Source: Arcobacteraceae bacterium
Lineage (GTDB): Bacteria > Campylobacterota > Campylobacteria > Campylobacterales > Arcobacteraceae
Assembly (NCBI GenBank): GCA_963662945.1
Contig: OY759974.1
Coordinates: 640,001-704,000 of the forward strand
DNA length: 64,000 bases
Reading direction: 5' to 3'
The notes under the pieces are model-generated. The model made no database searches. It was not told the DNA's origin and worked only from the letters and a program-made list of their open reading frames with translations. Below, in pieces: positions 18,882 to 29,783 of the stretch; positions within the stretch are counted from its first letter, which is position 1; each line of letters opens with the position of its first letter. The position numbers and the translations under genes were made by a program.

Positions 18882-18905
18882 GCTGTTTTTGATATAATAC
18901 TTTTC

Positions 18906-19231
18906 AAGGTACAATAAGCAATAGCTTGCAGATAATGTAAGAGGAAAGTCTGAGCTGCCGTGAAGTATGGTTCCATTTAACAAATGGCTAGGGAAACCTA
19001 AGGGATAGTGCAACAGAAAGTAAACTACCTATATTTATATAGGAAAAGGTGAAACGGTGAGGTAAGAGCTCACCAGTGTCTTAAGTAATTTAGACAGCTA
19101 TGTAAACCCAACCTGCAGCAAGAAGAGATGGTATAAGCTTCACATTTTTGGCTCTTCGCACGATTGGTTTTGTAAAAAATCAACTAGATAAATTATTGCT
19201 TACAACAAAACTCAGCTTACCGTTGTACCTT
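18906..19231 (+). ncRNA. rnpB: RNase P RNA (bacterial type A)
   Basis: GAGGAAAGTCTGAGC, AGTGCAACAGAAA, AAGGTGAAACGG, ACAAAACTCAGCTTA; P1 pairing of aaggtacaat (18906-15) with gttgtacctt (19222-31); extended -10 TGaTATAAT at 18890-18898. Confidence 0.95.
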
Positions 19232-19232
19232 T

Positions 19233-20960
19233 TTAATTTAACTGATGACTAAACTCTGGAACAATTTCTTTTAATTTACCTAATTTATCTTGTGTATTGA
19301 TAAGTTCTTCAATATCATTATTTAATTTTTCTATATCATAACTTGAACGTCCAGCAACAGTAATAGATTCATACTGTGTTTTTGCATCACTATCATTTAT
19401 AAGTAGCTCTTCATAAAGCTTTTCACCAGGTCTTAATCCTGTATATTCTATAGTTATATTATCTCTACCACTTAATTCTATCATCTTTTGGGCCAAATCT
19501 GCTATTTTAATTGGCTCACCCATATCAAGTATAAAAATTTCACCTTTTTCTCCTAAAGATGCAGCTTGTAACACTAACTCACATGCTTCAGGAATCAACA
19601 TAAAATATCTTGTAATATCTTTATGTGTTACAGTTATTGGTCCACCTGATTCAATTTGTGATTTAAACTTTGGTATCACACTTCCGCTACTTCCAAGAAC
19701 ATTTCCAAATCTTACAGCTACCATTTGTGTTTCTTTTGCATCTACATTTTGCAAATACAATTCACAAATACGTTTTGTTGTTCCCATAACATTTGTAGGA
19801 CGAACTGCCTTGTCTGTAGAGATTAATAAAAACTTCTCTACTTTAAACTTAATTGCACAGTCAATTGTATTTTTTGTTCCAATAATATTATTTACAATTG
19901 CTTCAGTGATATTATCTTCCACTAAAGGAACATGTTTATATGCTGCTGCATGTATTACTATATTTGGAGAGTATTTTTCGAATGTTTTTTCCAATAGTTC
20001 TTTATTAGATACGGATTGCATCACCATAATTGGATTATATTTTTCTAATTCTTGAGATATACTATACAAATTAAATTCACTATGATCAAGTAAAATCAAT
20101 TGTTTAGCTCCAAAATTGACACACTCTCTAGCTATCTGACTTCCAATACTTCCACCTGCACCTGTGATAAGTACCGTTTTATTTGCTATAAAACTTTTAA
20201 TTGCTGTTTTATCTAAATCTTTAGGATGTCTTGCCAATAAATCTTCAACAGAGATATCTTTTAATTGTACTGTAAAATCTTTATCTCTTAAAATTTCTGA
20301 TAAAGCAGGTAAAATTTGTACCTCTTTAAAAAATTCATGTAAATTATCATATGCATCTTTAATTTGAGATGTAGATGCACTAGGCATTGCTATAACCAAT
20401 AAATCATATTTTTGTTTATCGAGTTTTTGTTTTAACTGCATTGGAGAAAGAATACGAATACCATCTATACTTCTACCTTGAATAATCGTATCATCATCAC
20501 TAAAATACTTTACTTTATACTCTGTATTTCTAAACTCTTGTTCAAGTTTCATACCAGCTTTTCCAGCTCCGTAAACAACAACATTCTTTGTTTTTTCAAC
20601 GCGACTTCTGTTGATAATATAATAATAAACATACATAGTAAAATTTATTACAAAAATATATAAAAAAAGCTCACTAGCTAAAAATGCAAATCGTACTTCC
20701 CCATGATAATAAGGTGCATATAATAAAAAAGGAATAATATATACAAAACTTTTTAGCAAAAATGTTTTTTGCGTAGCTTTACTCCAAGAAAGAGAATAAT
20801 CCTTAAAAATTAAAAAAGAAGCAATCATACGCAAAACTATAACACTTAATACCAATTGTATATTAAATGCCGTATGAAATATAAAAAAAGTCCATCCAAA
20901 AGTAATAAAAGTAAATGCAATTATCACCAAAAAATTCAATATTCGTTTATCTAAAATCAT
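19233..20960 (-). CDS. UDP-GlcNAc 4,6-dehydratase (PglF/WbpM/CapD type)
   Basis: N-terminal TM helices; GAGGSIGS, HAAAYKHVP, STDKAVRP, RFGNVLGSSGSV. Confidence 0.93.
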   Translation of the reverse strand: MILDKRILNFLVIIAFTFITFGWTFFIFHTAFNIQLVLSVIVLRMIASFLIFKDYSLSWSKATQKTFLLKSFVYIIPFLLYAPYYHGEVRFAFLASELFLYIFVINFTMYVYYYIINRSRVEKTKNVVVYGAGKAGMKLEQEFRNTEYKVKYFSDDDTIIQGRSIDGIRILSPMQLKQKLDKQKYDLLVIAMPSASTSQIKDAYDNLHEFFKEVQILPALSEILRDKDFTVQLKDISVEDLLARHPKDLDKTAIKSFIANKTVLITGAGGSIGSQIARECVNFGAKQLILLDHSEFNLYSISQELEKYNPIMVMQSVSNKELLEKTFEKYSPNIVIHAAAYKHVPLVEDNITEAIVNNIIGTKNTIDCAIKFKVEKFLLISTDKAVRPTNVMGTTKRICELYLQNVDAKETQMVAVRFGNVLGSSGSVIPKFKSQIESGGPITVTHKDITRYFMLIPEACELVLQAASLGEKGEIFILDMGEPIKIADLAQKMIELSGRDNITIEYTGLRPGEKLYEELLINDSDAKTQYESITVAGRSSYDIEKLNNDIEELINTQDKLGKLKEIVPEFSHQLN

Positions 20961-21919
20961 TTAAATTCTTTCTTCTTATCTATAAATTTTACAATAGAGT
21001 ATAATAACACAATAGTGATGAGAAAAACTAGAAAAATGTTACTGACATAATAAATCAATGTAAATAAAACTATATTCACAATAATCAAATTATTTGTAAC
21101 TTTATAATGACTCCACCCAGCTTGCGTAAGTCTTTGATATGCATGCTTTTTGTGTGCTTGAGAAAGTTTTTCTCCATTAAGCTTTCTTCTTACCAATGTT
21201 AAAGTAGCATCAAACCAAAATACGCTAAAAAGAACGATCCATACCCAAAAATTTGAAGCTTGTAGATTAGCATAATATATTGTAAATATAGCAATAGTAT
21301 AGCCTAATAATGTACTACCTACGTCCCCCATAAATATTTTTGCCCTATTCCAGTTCCAATACAAAAAACCTAACACAGATGAAGCTAATACAGCAAAATG
21401 TAAATCACCAAAAAGCAATAATCCAATTAAACTTAAAAATACAAATTCACTCCCTACATAACCATTGATTCCATCAATAAAATTTGTAAGATTTATATAC
21501 CAAACTATCATAAAAAAAGCAAAAATATTTGTTATAAATACATTTGAAATATCAAAAAAACCAAAACTAAGTAGATTTAGTCCACCTAAAACATATAATC
21601 CTAACATCGCTATCGCTGACTGTACAATAAGTCTGAGTTTTGCACTTAATTCATATATATCATCCAAAAAACTTATTATACTTATAATTATCCCCATCAT
21701 AAGTGCATAAAATAATGTCGAATCAATCTGCATAGTAAAATGTAGGTATAGAAGTCCTATAAACCAAGTAATAGCTATAGCTATTCCACCACCATGTGGG
21801 GTTGGAACTGTATGAGAACTTCGTTCATTCACCGTTGCTACAAGTGATTTTTTAATAGCATAGTTTTTTATAAAATATGTTAATATAAATGAAGTTATTA
21901 ATAAAAGTACATAAATCAT
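20957..21919 (-). CDS. MraY/WbpL-type initiating HexNAc-1-phosphate transferase
   Basis: RSSH..PTPHGGG, LDD, NFIDGING, FMGDVGS, HKKHAYQ. Confidence 0.92.
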   Translation of the reverse strand: MIYVLLLITSFILTYFIKNYAIKKSLVATVNERSSHTVPTPHGGGIAIAITWFIGLLYLHFTMQIDSTLFYALMMGIIISIISFLDDIYELSAKLRLIVQSAIAMLGLYVLGGLNLLSFGFFDISNVFITNIFAFFMIVWYINLTNFIDGINGYVGSEFVFLSLIGLLLFGDLHFAVLASSVLGFLYWNWNRAKIFMGDVGSTLLGYTIAIFTIYYANLQASNFWVWIVLFSVFWFDATLTLVRRKLNGEKLSQAHKKHAYQRLTQAGWSHYKVTNNLIIVNIVLFTLIYYVSNIFLVFLITIVLLYSIVKFIDKKKEFK

Positions 21920-21933
21920 TATCTTACTTTCTA

Positions 21934-23058
21934 TTAATTAACAGAATTCTTTTCATAAATAAACTCAACTAAAGCCTTAGATAAATCATTATCTATAAAA
22001 CTCTCTAATACCATTTTTTTTCCATTATATCCCATCTGTTTAATTAACAAATTATTCTCGATTATATTGCTATATTTATCTACCATATCTTCTATATTTT
22101 TTACTTGATGAAGTATACCAGTTTCATTATTTACAATTGCATCACTTAAACCATATATATTAGAACCAATCGTTGGTATTTCCATCGAAGCCGCCTCTAT
22201 AACTATAGTACCAAATCCTTCTCTATAGCTAGGTAAAACCAATACATCTGTCATATTCAATACTTCTTCTGGATTATTAATAAAAGTTAATTCAGCAATT
22301 ACCTTTGGATGATTTAACAACTCATTCATTTTATTTTTTAAAGTATCATCTTCAAGTGGTCCAATTAAAACCAGCTTTATATGATGATATTTTTTAAATA
22401 ATTGTAAAAACACCTCATTTAAATCTAAAATACCCTTATCCTTATTGATTCTTCCAAGAAACATAAAAACAATTTCATTTTCTTGAATATTATATTTTTT
22501 TCTCAACTCTTCTTTTAAGATATTATTTACTTTGAATTTTTCAATATCAACACCAGAAATTGATCCATTTTTTAAAACATAACCATCATTAGATTTTAAA
22601 ACACCTTCATCAATTAAGAATTGTTTTTGTGATTTACTATCTATAAGTACAGAAGTACTACATAGTACAATTATTTTATCCATAATTTTTAATAATTTTT
22701 TAAATAAACCTTTTTTAGTTGCCCACACTTGCCCTGTAAAAAAATGAATTCTTGTAGGTACTCCTAAAATACATGATGATAACATTGAAAGTAATCCTGA
22801 TTTTGGCATCAAAGATAAGACTAAATCATACTTCTCTTTTTTTAAAATACCATATAATTGAAACAATGATTTTATATCTTTTATAAGATTTATTTGTCGT
22901 TCTATTTTTATTCTAATTATTTTACAATCAGTTTTAATTTCAGCATCATCTCCAATAATAAGTGTCACATCATAGTATTTTCTTAAATACTGAATATGTT
23001 TTAACATAAATACATTTACACCATTTCCTGCGGTAGCTACGAGACAAAGTTTTTTCAT
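21934..23058 (-). CDS. Glycosyltransferase family 4
   Basis: GRINKDKG, PSYREGFG..IEA. Confidence 0.92.
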   Translation of the reverse strand: MKKLCLVATAGNGVNVFMLKHIQYLRKYYDVTLIIGDDAEIKTDCKIIRIKIERQINLIKDIKSLFQLYGILKKEKYDLVLSLMPKSGLLSMLSSCILGVPTRIHFFTGQVWATKKGLFKKLLKIMDKIIVLCSTSVLIDSKSQKQFLIDEGVLKSNDGYVLKNGSISGVDIEKFKVNNILKEELRKKYNIQENEIVFMFLGRINKDKGILDLNEVFLQLFKKYHHIKLVLIGPLEDDTLKNKMNELLNHPKVIAELTFINNPEEVLNMTDVLVLPSYREGFGTIVIEAASMEIPTIGSNIYGLSDAIVNNETGILHQVKNIEDMVDKYSNIIENNLLIKQMGYNGKKMVLESFIDNDLSKALVEFIYEKNSVN

Positions 23059-23060
23059 AT

Positions 23061-23894
23061 TTAATCACCCCGTTTTTTAGATAAAAGAAATAATTTATAT
23101 TTGACTAATCTAATTATATATTTAATTTGTGAAAAAACTAATGCAAGTAAAATTATTGGTTTATAGAACAATGATATTTCATCATACTTTAAAATTGAAA
23201 TAAAGCTTTTATTAACACCTTGTTGCATCATTTGTAAATTTCCACTTAAACAACTATTTTGAGAAAGATAATCATGTTTAAAAGTATATGTTAATGGTAA
23301 TAAAATTTTAATTGCATGGTTTTTATAAGTAATTTTTTTCCATAAGTTATAATCTTCAGCATACTTCATTGTTTCATCAAATCTATAATGTTTCAAACAT
23401 TTATCTATTACTACACTTGGCGTAGCAAAAGGAGTTTTAAAAAGAATTTTTGGCCAAGATATAATCGTATACGGAATATCTTGCATTGAGTATTGAATTT
23501 GTTTATTATTATCTAATTCTGTTTGTGTAATATTCTTATGTACTGTTCCACAAATTTTACTTCGTGTTTTTTGCATCATTGCAATTTGAATCTCTATTTT
23601 TTGTGGATGCCAATCATCATCCGAATCTAAAAAAGCTATGTAATCACCTGTTGATTTTTCTAAACCAATGTTTCTGCTATAAGAAGGTCCTTTATTGCTC
23701 TCATTTTTGAATAATACGACATTATCTAAGCTTTCTTTCTCTTTAAACATACAAAGAGTTTCATATGTATTATCTGTACTGCAATCATCTATGATAATTA
23801 CTTCATAAAAATTATTTAAATTTTTAATCTTTTCAAATAATTCATTCATAATACTACTATTGTTATAAACAGGTAAAACTACAGAAACTAACAT
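23061..23894 (-). CDS. Glycosyltransferase family 2
   Basis: VSVVLPVYN, DDCSTD, FLDSDD. Confidence 0.92.
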   Translation of the reverse strand: MLVSVVLPVYNNSSIMNELFEKIKNLNNFYEVIIIDDCSTDNTYETLCMFKEKESLDNVVLFKNESNKGPSYSRNIGLEKSTGDYIAFLDSDDDWHPQKIEIQIAMMQKTRSKICGTVHKNITQTELDNNKQIQYSMQDIPYTIISWPKILFKTPFATPSVVIDKCLKHYRFDETMKYAEDYNLWKKITYKNHAIKILLPLTYTFKHDYLSQNSCLSGNLQMMQQGVNKSFISILKYDEISLFYKPIILLALVFSQIKYIIRLVKYKLFLLSKKRGD

Positions 23895-24662
23895 TTATTT
23901 TAATTCCAAGTTTTTATTTTTTAATGATAAATAGTCATAAAATCCGCTAATTTTATATTGTAAATTTTCTATAGTATCAGTTGCTATAATTTCTATTCGT
24001 TTAATTGTTTGTAAATCTAAATTTACATTTGTATTTACTCCAATATTACTTGATGTAATAATTTTATACCCTAAATCATTAGCTATTTTTAATGTATCAG
24101 TATTATAACTTCCATGAGGATAACTCATATGAACAATTTCTTGACCAATTATCTTTTCTAATGTTAATTTACTTTGACTTAGTTCATAATATTGTTCATC
24201 ATAACTCAATGTTTCTAAATGAGGATGTTTAACACTATGAGTACCAAGAATGCATTTATCATATTTAGAAAATTCTTTTATATCATCTTCTGATAAATAA
24301 TCTTTTTCTCCAATAAAACCTGTCGTAATATAAAGTGTAAATGGTATATCATATTTTTTACATACTTCTAATGCAAATAGATTATCTTTATATCCATCAT
24401 CAAATGTTATGGATATTGTATTTCTATCTAAATTATTTTTATACTCAAAATCAATTGGAATAATTTCATAATTATTTTTTAAAAATTGAATATGCTCTAC
24501 AAACTTTTCTTTTGAAATAGAGATACCATAAGTATCATGACTTAATTCTGAGCCAATTGAATGATACAATATCACCCTATTACCAATAATATTGCAATAT
24601 CGTCTATATAAATTATAATATGTAAAACCAATTGCATTTTTGACAATTTGTTTTATACTCAT
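23895..24662 (-). CDS. Polysaccharide deacetylase (CE4/NodB)
   Basis: ITFDDGY, GTHSVKH, SYPHG. Confidence 0.9.
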   Translation of the reverse strand: MSIKQIVKNAIGFTYYNLYRRYCNIIGNRVILYHSIGSELSHDTYGISISKEKFVEHIQFLKNNYEIIPIDFEYKNNLDRNTISITFDDGYKDNLFALEVCKKYDIPFTLYITTGFIGEKDYLSEDDIKEFSKYDKCILGTHSVKHPHLETLSYDEQYYELSQSKLTLEKIIGQEIVHMSYPHGSYNTDTLKIANDLGYKIITSSNIGVNTNVNLDLQTIKRIEIIATDTIENLQYKISGFYDYLSLKNKNLELK

Positions 24663-25627
24663 AAATATACCTTATTAATTAAAAAACTAATTAATTTAGA
24701 GTTTGACAATTCCCACTCACCTAGTTTTTCAACATTTTGTGCTCTTATACCATTTTTAAAACTATACACATTTGGATTATTTAAAGGATCTATACCTGTC
24801 ATATCATATTCTTGAATATTCATCTCTTTTGCTTTTTTAAATAATTCAAATAATAACATATATGATGTATAGTTTTTTCTTCCAGTTAAATCTGTAGTTG
24901 CCCAAAAATCTAATGCTTTATTTCCTGCATATAAAAATGCTCGTAATCCAACAATTTGATTCTCAATTGATGAAGTTGCAATGATAATATTATTTGATAA
25001 ATATTTTTTAATATATTTTAATTCTTCTAATGAAGGCAATGGCACATCTTTAATCATTTTAAATCTACTAAATAACTCAAAAATTTCTTGTTCATTATAT
25101 TTATTTAAACTCTGTACTTTTACTAATAAATTTTTACTCATACCTCGTTTAACATTTTTTCTAAAATTATTCGAACAAGCTTCTTGTAACTCTTCTATAG
25201 ATTTAGTTAAATCTACATATACAGTATAATCACTTGTAAGTTTTTTGGAAGTTTTTACCCAACCAGAAGAATATAAAGCAATAGATTCATCAAAATCTAA
25301 TTTATTTGTAAAACTACTTTTGATAAAGACATATTTAATTTGAAATTGTTTTTGTAAATATTCAATCAATTCATCTTTTTGAAAAGCAGTAATATCACCT
25401 GCAATACTCCCTACACACCAACCTAAAAAAATATTAAATTTGACTTTATAAGTAATCTGTAAATATGCAATATGACCATCTTTGTTAGCTTTGATTGAAG
25501 CTACTTTCCAACCCATATTTTGTTTATATTCACCCCATTCAAATAACTGATATGGATTATAATTTATATTTTTTATAATCTCTTTATTCCAAACTTCTTT
25601 ATCTGTAATTAACGTAAAATTTACCAT
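24659..25627 (-). CDS. FemAB/FemX-like GNAT-fold acyl/aminoacyl transferase
   Basis: YQLFEWGEYK..GW, VDLTKSIEEL..FRKNVKRG, YDMTGID..VYSFK.G. Confidence 0.75.
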   Translation of the reverse strand: MVNFTLITDKEVWNKEIIKNINYNPYQLFEWGEYKQNMGWKVASIKANKDGHIAYLQITYKVKFNIFLGWCVGSIAGDITAFQKDELIEYLQKQFQIKYVFIKSSFTNKLDFDESIALYSSGWVKTSKKLTSDYTVYVDLTKSIEELQEACSNNFRKNVKRGMSKNLLVKVQSLNKYNEQEIFELFSRFKMIKDVPLPSLEELKYIKKYLSNNIIIATSSIENQIVGLRAFLYAGNKALDFWATTDLTGRKNYTSYMLLFELFKKAKEMNIQEYDMTGIDPLNNPNVYSFKNGIRAQNVEKLGEWELSNSKLISFLINKVYL

Positions 25628-26625
25628 AAAAACGGTACCACCTTAATATTTTTATAAAATACTGGACAATTATTAACAATATCATCTGGTAAATCAGGCC
25701 AAGGTAATATAAAAAAACCTTGTCTTAATAAAAATCGTTCAAAATCATTAGAGTTTCCATGATCAATGAAAGCAAATTCATAAGGTACCGACTCTTTATA
25801 ATATTTAAATATAGCTTCAATATTAAATTCTTTTGCCCATTGTTCTACTTGTAGATACAATTTTTGACGTCTTTTAATTTCAAGTTCTATATCAAGATTA
25901 ATTTTTTTATCCTTTAAAATTGGTGTCAGGTACCTATTCGAAGGTAATTCATATTCACTCTCTTTATCAGGAAGAGGAATTGTTGAGCCAGTTTTAACAT
26001 AGCGTAATACTCTTCTAAGTAATAATATAAATATACCTATATATTTGTGTACAATTTTTTGTTTTAGACTTAATTTTTGATAGTATCTTACATCTTCATC
26101 AGTTTGTTTAATATCAGCACTATCAAACTTAACTGTTTTTAAATCATCTCGATTTATTAATAAAGCTCCACCATTGGGCAAAAACATAGTTTTTCGGATA
26201 CTTAAAAGTCCAACATCTCCTCTTGTACCCAATAAATTACCTTGAGAATCTTTACTTAAAAATCCATGAGCATTATCTTCAATAATTAAAGAATTGTACT
26301 TCTTTTTGTATTCCCAAAAAGGTTCTAATTGATTTTCAAAACCAAAATAATTAACCATTATAATTGCATCACATTGTATATCTTCTAAGATAGGAAATAA
26401 GTTTTCATCACAATGATAAAAATAATATTTTAATCCTAATTTATTTATAGGAGCCAACATATCTCTACAAATAAAAGCTGGTAAATAAATACTCTTAATA
26501 TCCAACTTTAATAAAACTTCTAAGAATGCATAACGGGCATATGGATATAAATATATATTTGATTGAGTATATATATCTTTTATATTAATTTTTTCTTGAT
26601 AGTTTTGATTATAAAATGGAGTCAT
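25621..26625 (-). CDS. DegT/DnrJ-like PLP-dependent enzyme
   Basis: LPAFIC, VNYFG, IIEDNAH, LLSIRK..LPNGG. Confidence 0.75.
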   Translation of the reverse strand: MTPFYNQNYQEKINIKDIYTQSNIYLYPYARYAFLEVLLKLDIKSIYLPAFICRDMLAPINKLGLKYYFYHCDENLFPILEDIQCDAIIMVNYFGFENQLEPFWEYKKKYNSLIIEDNAHGFLSKDSQGNLLGTRGDVGLLSIRKTMFLPNGGALLINRDDLKTVKFDSADIKQTDEDVRYYQKLSLKQKIVHKYIGIFILLLRRVLRYVKTGSTIPLPDKESEYELPSNRYLTPILKDKKINLDIELEIKRRQKLYLQVEQWAKEFNIEAIFKYYKESVPYEFAFIDHGNSNDFERFLLRQGFFILPWPDLPDDIVNNCPVFYKNIKVVPFLW

Positions 26626-26626
26626 G

Positions 26627-27595
26627 TTATTTTTTATGGTGTAACTCTATTAACATATCATTCCCAATATCTAAGGCATCAAATCTATTAAGAATTTTTT
26701 GAAAATAATATGCTTCATCAATTTTAATATCTGCAAATATATTATCTAAATTACTATTCTGCTCAGATAAAAACCTATACATTTGTGGATATGAAAATGT
26801 TTTAAAATAACCTATAGCCAAATCATTCTTTTCGGCATATTTTTCTATATCAGCCTTTTTAAAATGATATAAATGAATTGGTAACTCAACTGATTCAATT
26901 GCAATTTTATATAATAAACCATCCATATTGGGTACCATAATAATTGCAACTCCATTTTTTGATAAATGTTGTTTTATAAATTGAAAAAACTTTTGGGGAG
27001 AATGAACATGCTCTAAGGACCAATTCATTCTGATAATATCAAATTCCAAATCTATTGGCACATTATCAATAGATTTAAAACTCTTTATTCCCCCTTCTTC
27101 TAAATTTTTTCTTGCATCATCTGAAATCTCAACACCATACACATCAACAAATTGTTTATAATACATTAAAGAACCATTTTTACCCCAGAAATGTGCTGAT
27201 ACACCAGAACCACAACCAATATCTAATAAAGTATTTGCAGTTTTCAAATATTTTTTTACAGGGTCATCTACTTTTGGTTTCAGGTAAGTTACAAGTTTTC
27301 TATTAAAAAAAGGAACAAGTGAAAATAATTTTGCTATTGAAGAGTTAGCAATTTTATCAATTAACTCTAAAAGAAATAATTTCATTTTAGATTTAGAAGC
27401 ATGAAAATCATACTTTGTAGAATAATATGCACCTATTTCCTCTTCAGAAGGTCGTGGATTTGTAAACATTAGTTTACAATTTTCACATTCTACAACATCA
27501 AAATAATCGTCTGTTACATGATGATATATATCTGTTTGAGTAGTTGTTTTCTTGAAGTTTTCACAGCCACATAAATCACATTTCACTTTTTCCAT
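26627..27595 (-). CDS. Class I SAM methyltransferase with N-terminal Zn-binding motif
   Basis: CDLCG..CENC, LLDIGCGSG, LEHV..P. Confidence 0.85.
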   Translation of the reverse strand: MEKVKCDLCGCENFKKTTTQTDIYHHVTDDYFDVVECENCKLMFTNPRPSEEEIGAYYSTKYDFHASKSKMKLFLLELIDKIANSSIAKLFSLVPFFNRKLVTYLKPKVDDPVKKYLKTANTLLDIGCGSGVSAHFWGKNGSLMYYKQFVDVYGVEISDDARKNLEEGGIKSFKSIDNVPIDLEFDIIRMNWSLEHVHSPQKFFQFIKQHLSKNGVAIIMVPNMDGLLYKIAIESVELPIHLYHFKKADIEKYAEKNDLAIGYFKTFSYPQMYRFLSEQNSNLDNIFADIKIDEAYYFQKILNRFDALDIGNDMLIELHHKK

Positions 27596-27605
27596 ATTTA
27601 AAATC

Positions 27606-28526
27606 CTAGTATATATTTTTTATTAATTCTTTTAATTTTGTAAAGGTTTTATAAGTAATAAAAAAACTTATTAAAAATGTCAATAAGTATTTTCTATTCA
27701 TTGTTGATGCCTTACGTAAATATTCTCTTGTTTGTTGAATGTCCCCTTTACTCCAAAAACATAAAGCATACATATTATTTATTTTCGCTTTTAAAATGTT
27801 TATTTCATTAACATATTTGAAATTAAATCCATCAATACTTAATGACAAATCTTCTAACATAATTTCATACTCTTTAGGAAACGAGCAAAGATGTTTATCA
27901 GATTCACTACCATGTCCATATCTCCATTTTGCTAATGGCTTATCTATATATTGACATTTTGTATAATATGCTAACTTAATAAAAAACTCTGCATCACTAC
28001 TTACATTATATTTAGGATCAAAATAGATATGATTTTCATCCATTATCCTTTTTCGTACCATAACTGTTTCAAATGAGAAAAAATACCCCTGAAGTAGTTC
28101 TTTAAATATATATCCACTAGGCATTAAACTTTTATATGCCAAATAACTATTTTCGTGATTAAAACATATAGTATTTGAATACACTATACCTATATCATCA
28201 TTATCTATCATTATTTTGATTTGTTGTTCTAATTTTTCAGGCATCCACAAATCATCAGTATCTAAGACACAAAAATACTCACCCTGAATAAATTCTTTAG
28301 CATAAACTCTAGCATTACACAAATTCATATTATAGGGTGTTCGATAATATTTTATTTTAGAATCAAATTTTTCAACTATCTTTTTACTTTGATCTGTTGA
28401 ACAATTATCTATAAATATAATTTCCCAATTCGTATATGTTTGTAAATAAACACTTTTAATAGCTTCTTCTAAATATTCTTGACAATTATAACAATTCATT
28501 AAAATAGATACTAATGGCTTTTTCAT
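27606..28526 (-). CDS. Glycosyltransferase family 2
   Basis: VSILMNCYN, DNCSTD, LDTDD. Confidence 0.92.
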   Translation of the reverse strand: MKKPLVSILMNCYNCQEYLEEAIKSVYLQTYTNWEIIFIDNCSTDQSKKIVEKFDSKIKYYRTPYNMNLCNARVYAKEFIQGEYFCVLDTDDLWMPEKLEQQIKIMIDNDDIGIVYSNTICFNHENSYLAYKSLMPSGYIFKELLQGYFFSFETVMVRKRIMDENHIYFDPKYNVSSDAEFFIKLAYYTKCQYIDKPLAKWRYGHGSESDKHLCSFPKEYEIMLEDLSLSIDGFNFKYVNEINILKAKINNMYALCFWSKGDIQQTREYLRKASTMNRKYLLTFLISFFITYKTFTKLKELIKNIY

Positions 28527-29386
28527 TCTACTTCTTTCTTTAATAAATTAATATATTTCTTTAATGAAACTTCCCAATCTCCCATAATATTTAATTTCAA
28601 TAAAGCCAATTTATAATTATATGCTGATTCATTATGAGAAACTGGTGCTATTCTTTTAAACATACCAGCTGGTGCAATTTTCACTTCACATTTTATATTA
28701 AAAAATTCAATAATTTTTTTTACATAATCATATCTTGATATATTTATTGCCTCATTGACACAATTATATATACCATATTGATGATTATCAATTAAAATTT
28801 CAATTTGGGCAATAAAATCATCAATATACGTCGGGTTTCCAATTTGTATATTATCTGAATAAATAATATCATTTTGTATTGCTTCTAAATATCGCTTAAA
28901 AACAAAATTTTTTTTATGATTTTTATTTCCTCCATATAACCAACCTGTTCTTAAAATTAAAAATTTATTTAAATGGTTTTGTACTATTTTTTCAGCTTCG
29001 AATTTAGATTGATGATGTATTGTTGTTGGTTTTACTTCATCAAATTCACTATATCTATTATCTTTATTCTTACCGTATATTCCAGTACTTGATATATAAA
29101 TAAATAAGATATCTTTATTAATACAATAATTTACTAAAGATTGTGTCATAAGAACATTAATACAATAAGCCTTGTCTGGATTTAATTCACACGATTCAAC
29201 ATCAGTATAGGCTGCTGTATGGATAATTATGTTAGGTTTTTCATGGTTTAATATACTATAAACTTGTTCATAGTTTGTCAAGTCAACTTCTCTACTGATT
29301 CCTATAATATTTTTATATTTTAAATTAGATATCAAGCTAGAACCCAGCATTCCATTTTTACCAGTAATTAAAATTTTACCACTCAT
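28523..29386 (-). CDS. RmlD-like NDP-4-keto-6-deoxyhexose reductase
   Basis: ILITGKNGMLG, HTAAYTDV, LRTGWLYG, GNPTY; start taken at ATG 29386 (MSGKIL). Confidence 0.85.
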   Translation of the reverse strand: MSGKILITGKNGMLGSSLISNLKYKNIIGISREVDLTNYEQVYSILNHEKPNIIIHTAAYTDVESCELNPDKAYCINVLMTQSLVNYCINKDILFIYISSTGIYGKNKDNRYSEFDEVKPTTIHHQSKFEAEKIVQNHLNKFLILRTGWLYGGNKNHKKNFVFKRYLEAIQNDIIYSDNIQIGNPTYIDDFIAQIEILIDNHQYGIYNCVNEAINISRYDYVKKIIEFFNIKCEVKIAPAGMFKRIAPVSHNESAYNYKLALLKLNIMGDWEVSLKKYINLLKKEVE

Positions 29387-29783
29387 AATTAATTTTATCA
29401 AGCTCCATATTTTGTGATTCTGCTGGATCATGTTCTAAGTTAGCTAAATTTAAAAGCATATTATATTCTCCAATACCTCGAAATGCCATCCAAGCATTTG
29501 GTTTTACTGTCAATCGATTATAATTATTTTGTGATAAATTAATAGAAAAAAACTCTTGAGTATCTTCATCAAATACTACAAATTCTATTTCTCCAATAAC
29601 TACAACTAAATTTAAAGTCATTTGTGTATGTTTCTTCCAACCTTTTATCTCTTTTTTATTAATAGTTGAAAAATATGCTTCACCAAAACCATCAAATCCG
29701 TTATCACTTTTTTTCATCGCATGAAATACATCCCCTTTTGGATGATGAATTTGCTTTAATGGCGTAACTATTATTTTGTCCAA
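29376..29783 (-). CDS. Cupin-fold NDP-sugar epimerase (RmlC/WxcM-like)
   Basis: GDVFH, FGEAYFS, KGWKKH, HDPAE. Confidence 0.8.
   Translation of the reverse strand: MDKIIVTPLKQIHHPKGDVFHAMKKSDNGFDGFGEAYFSTINKKEIKGWKKHTQMTLNLVVVIGEIEFVVFDEDTQEFFSINLSQNNYNRLTVKPNAWMAFRGIGEYNMLLNLANLEHDPAESQNMELDKINYEW

Noticed and set aside
18744-19013. 89-aa minus-strand ORF
   Set aside because: Antisense to lolA and rnpB, with no recognisable motif
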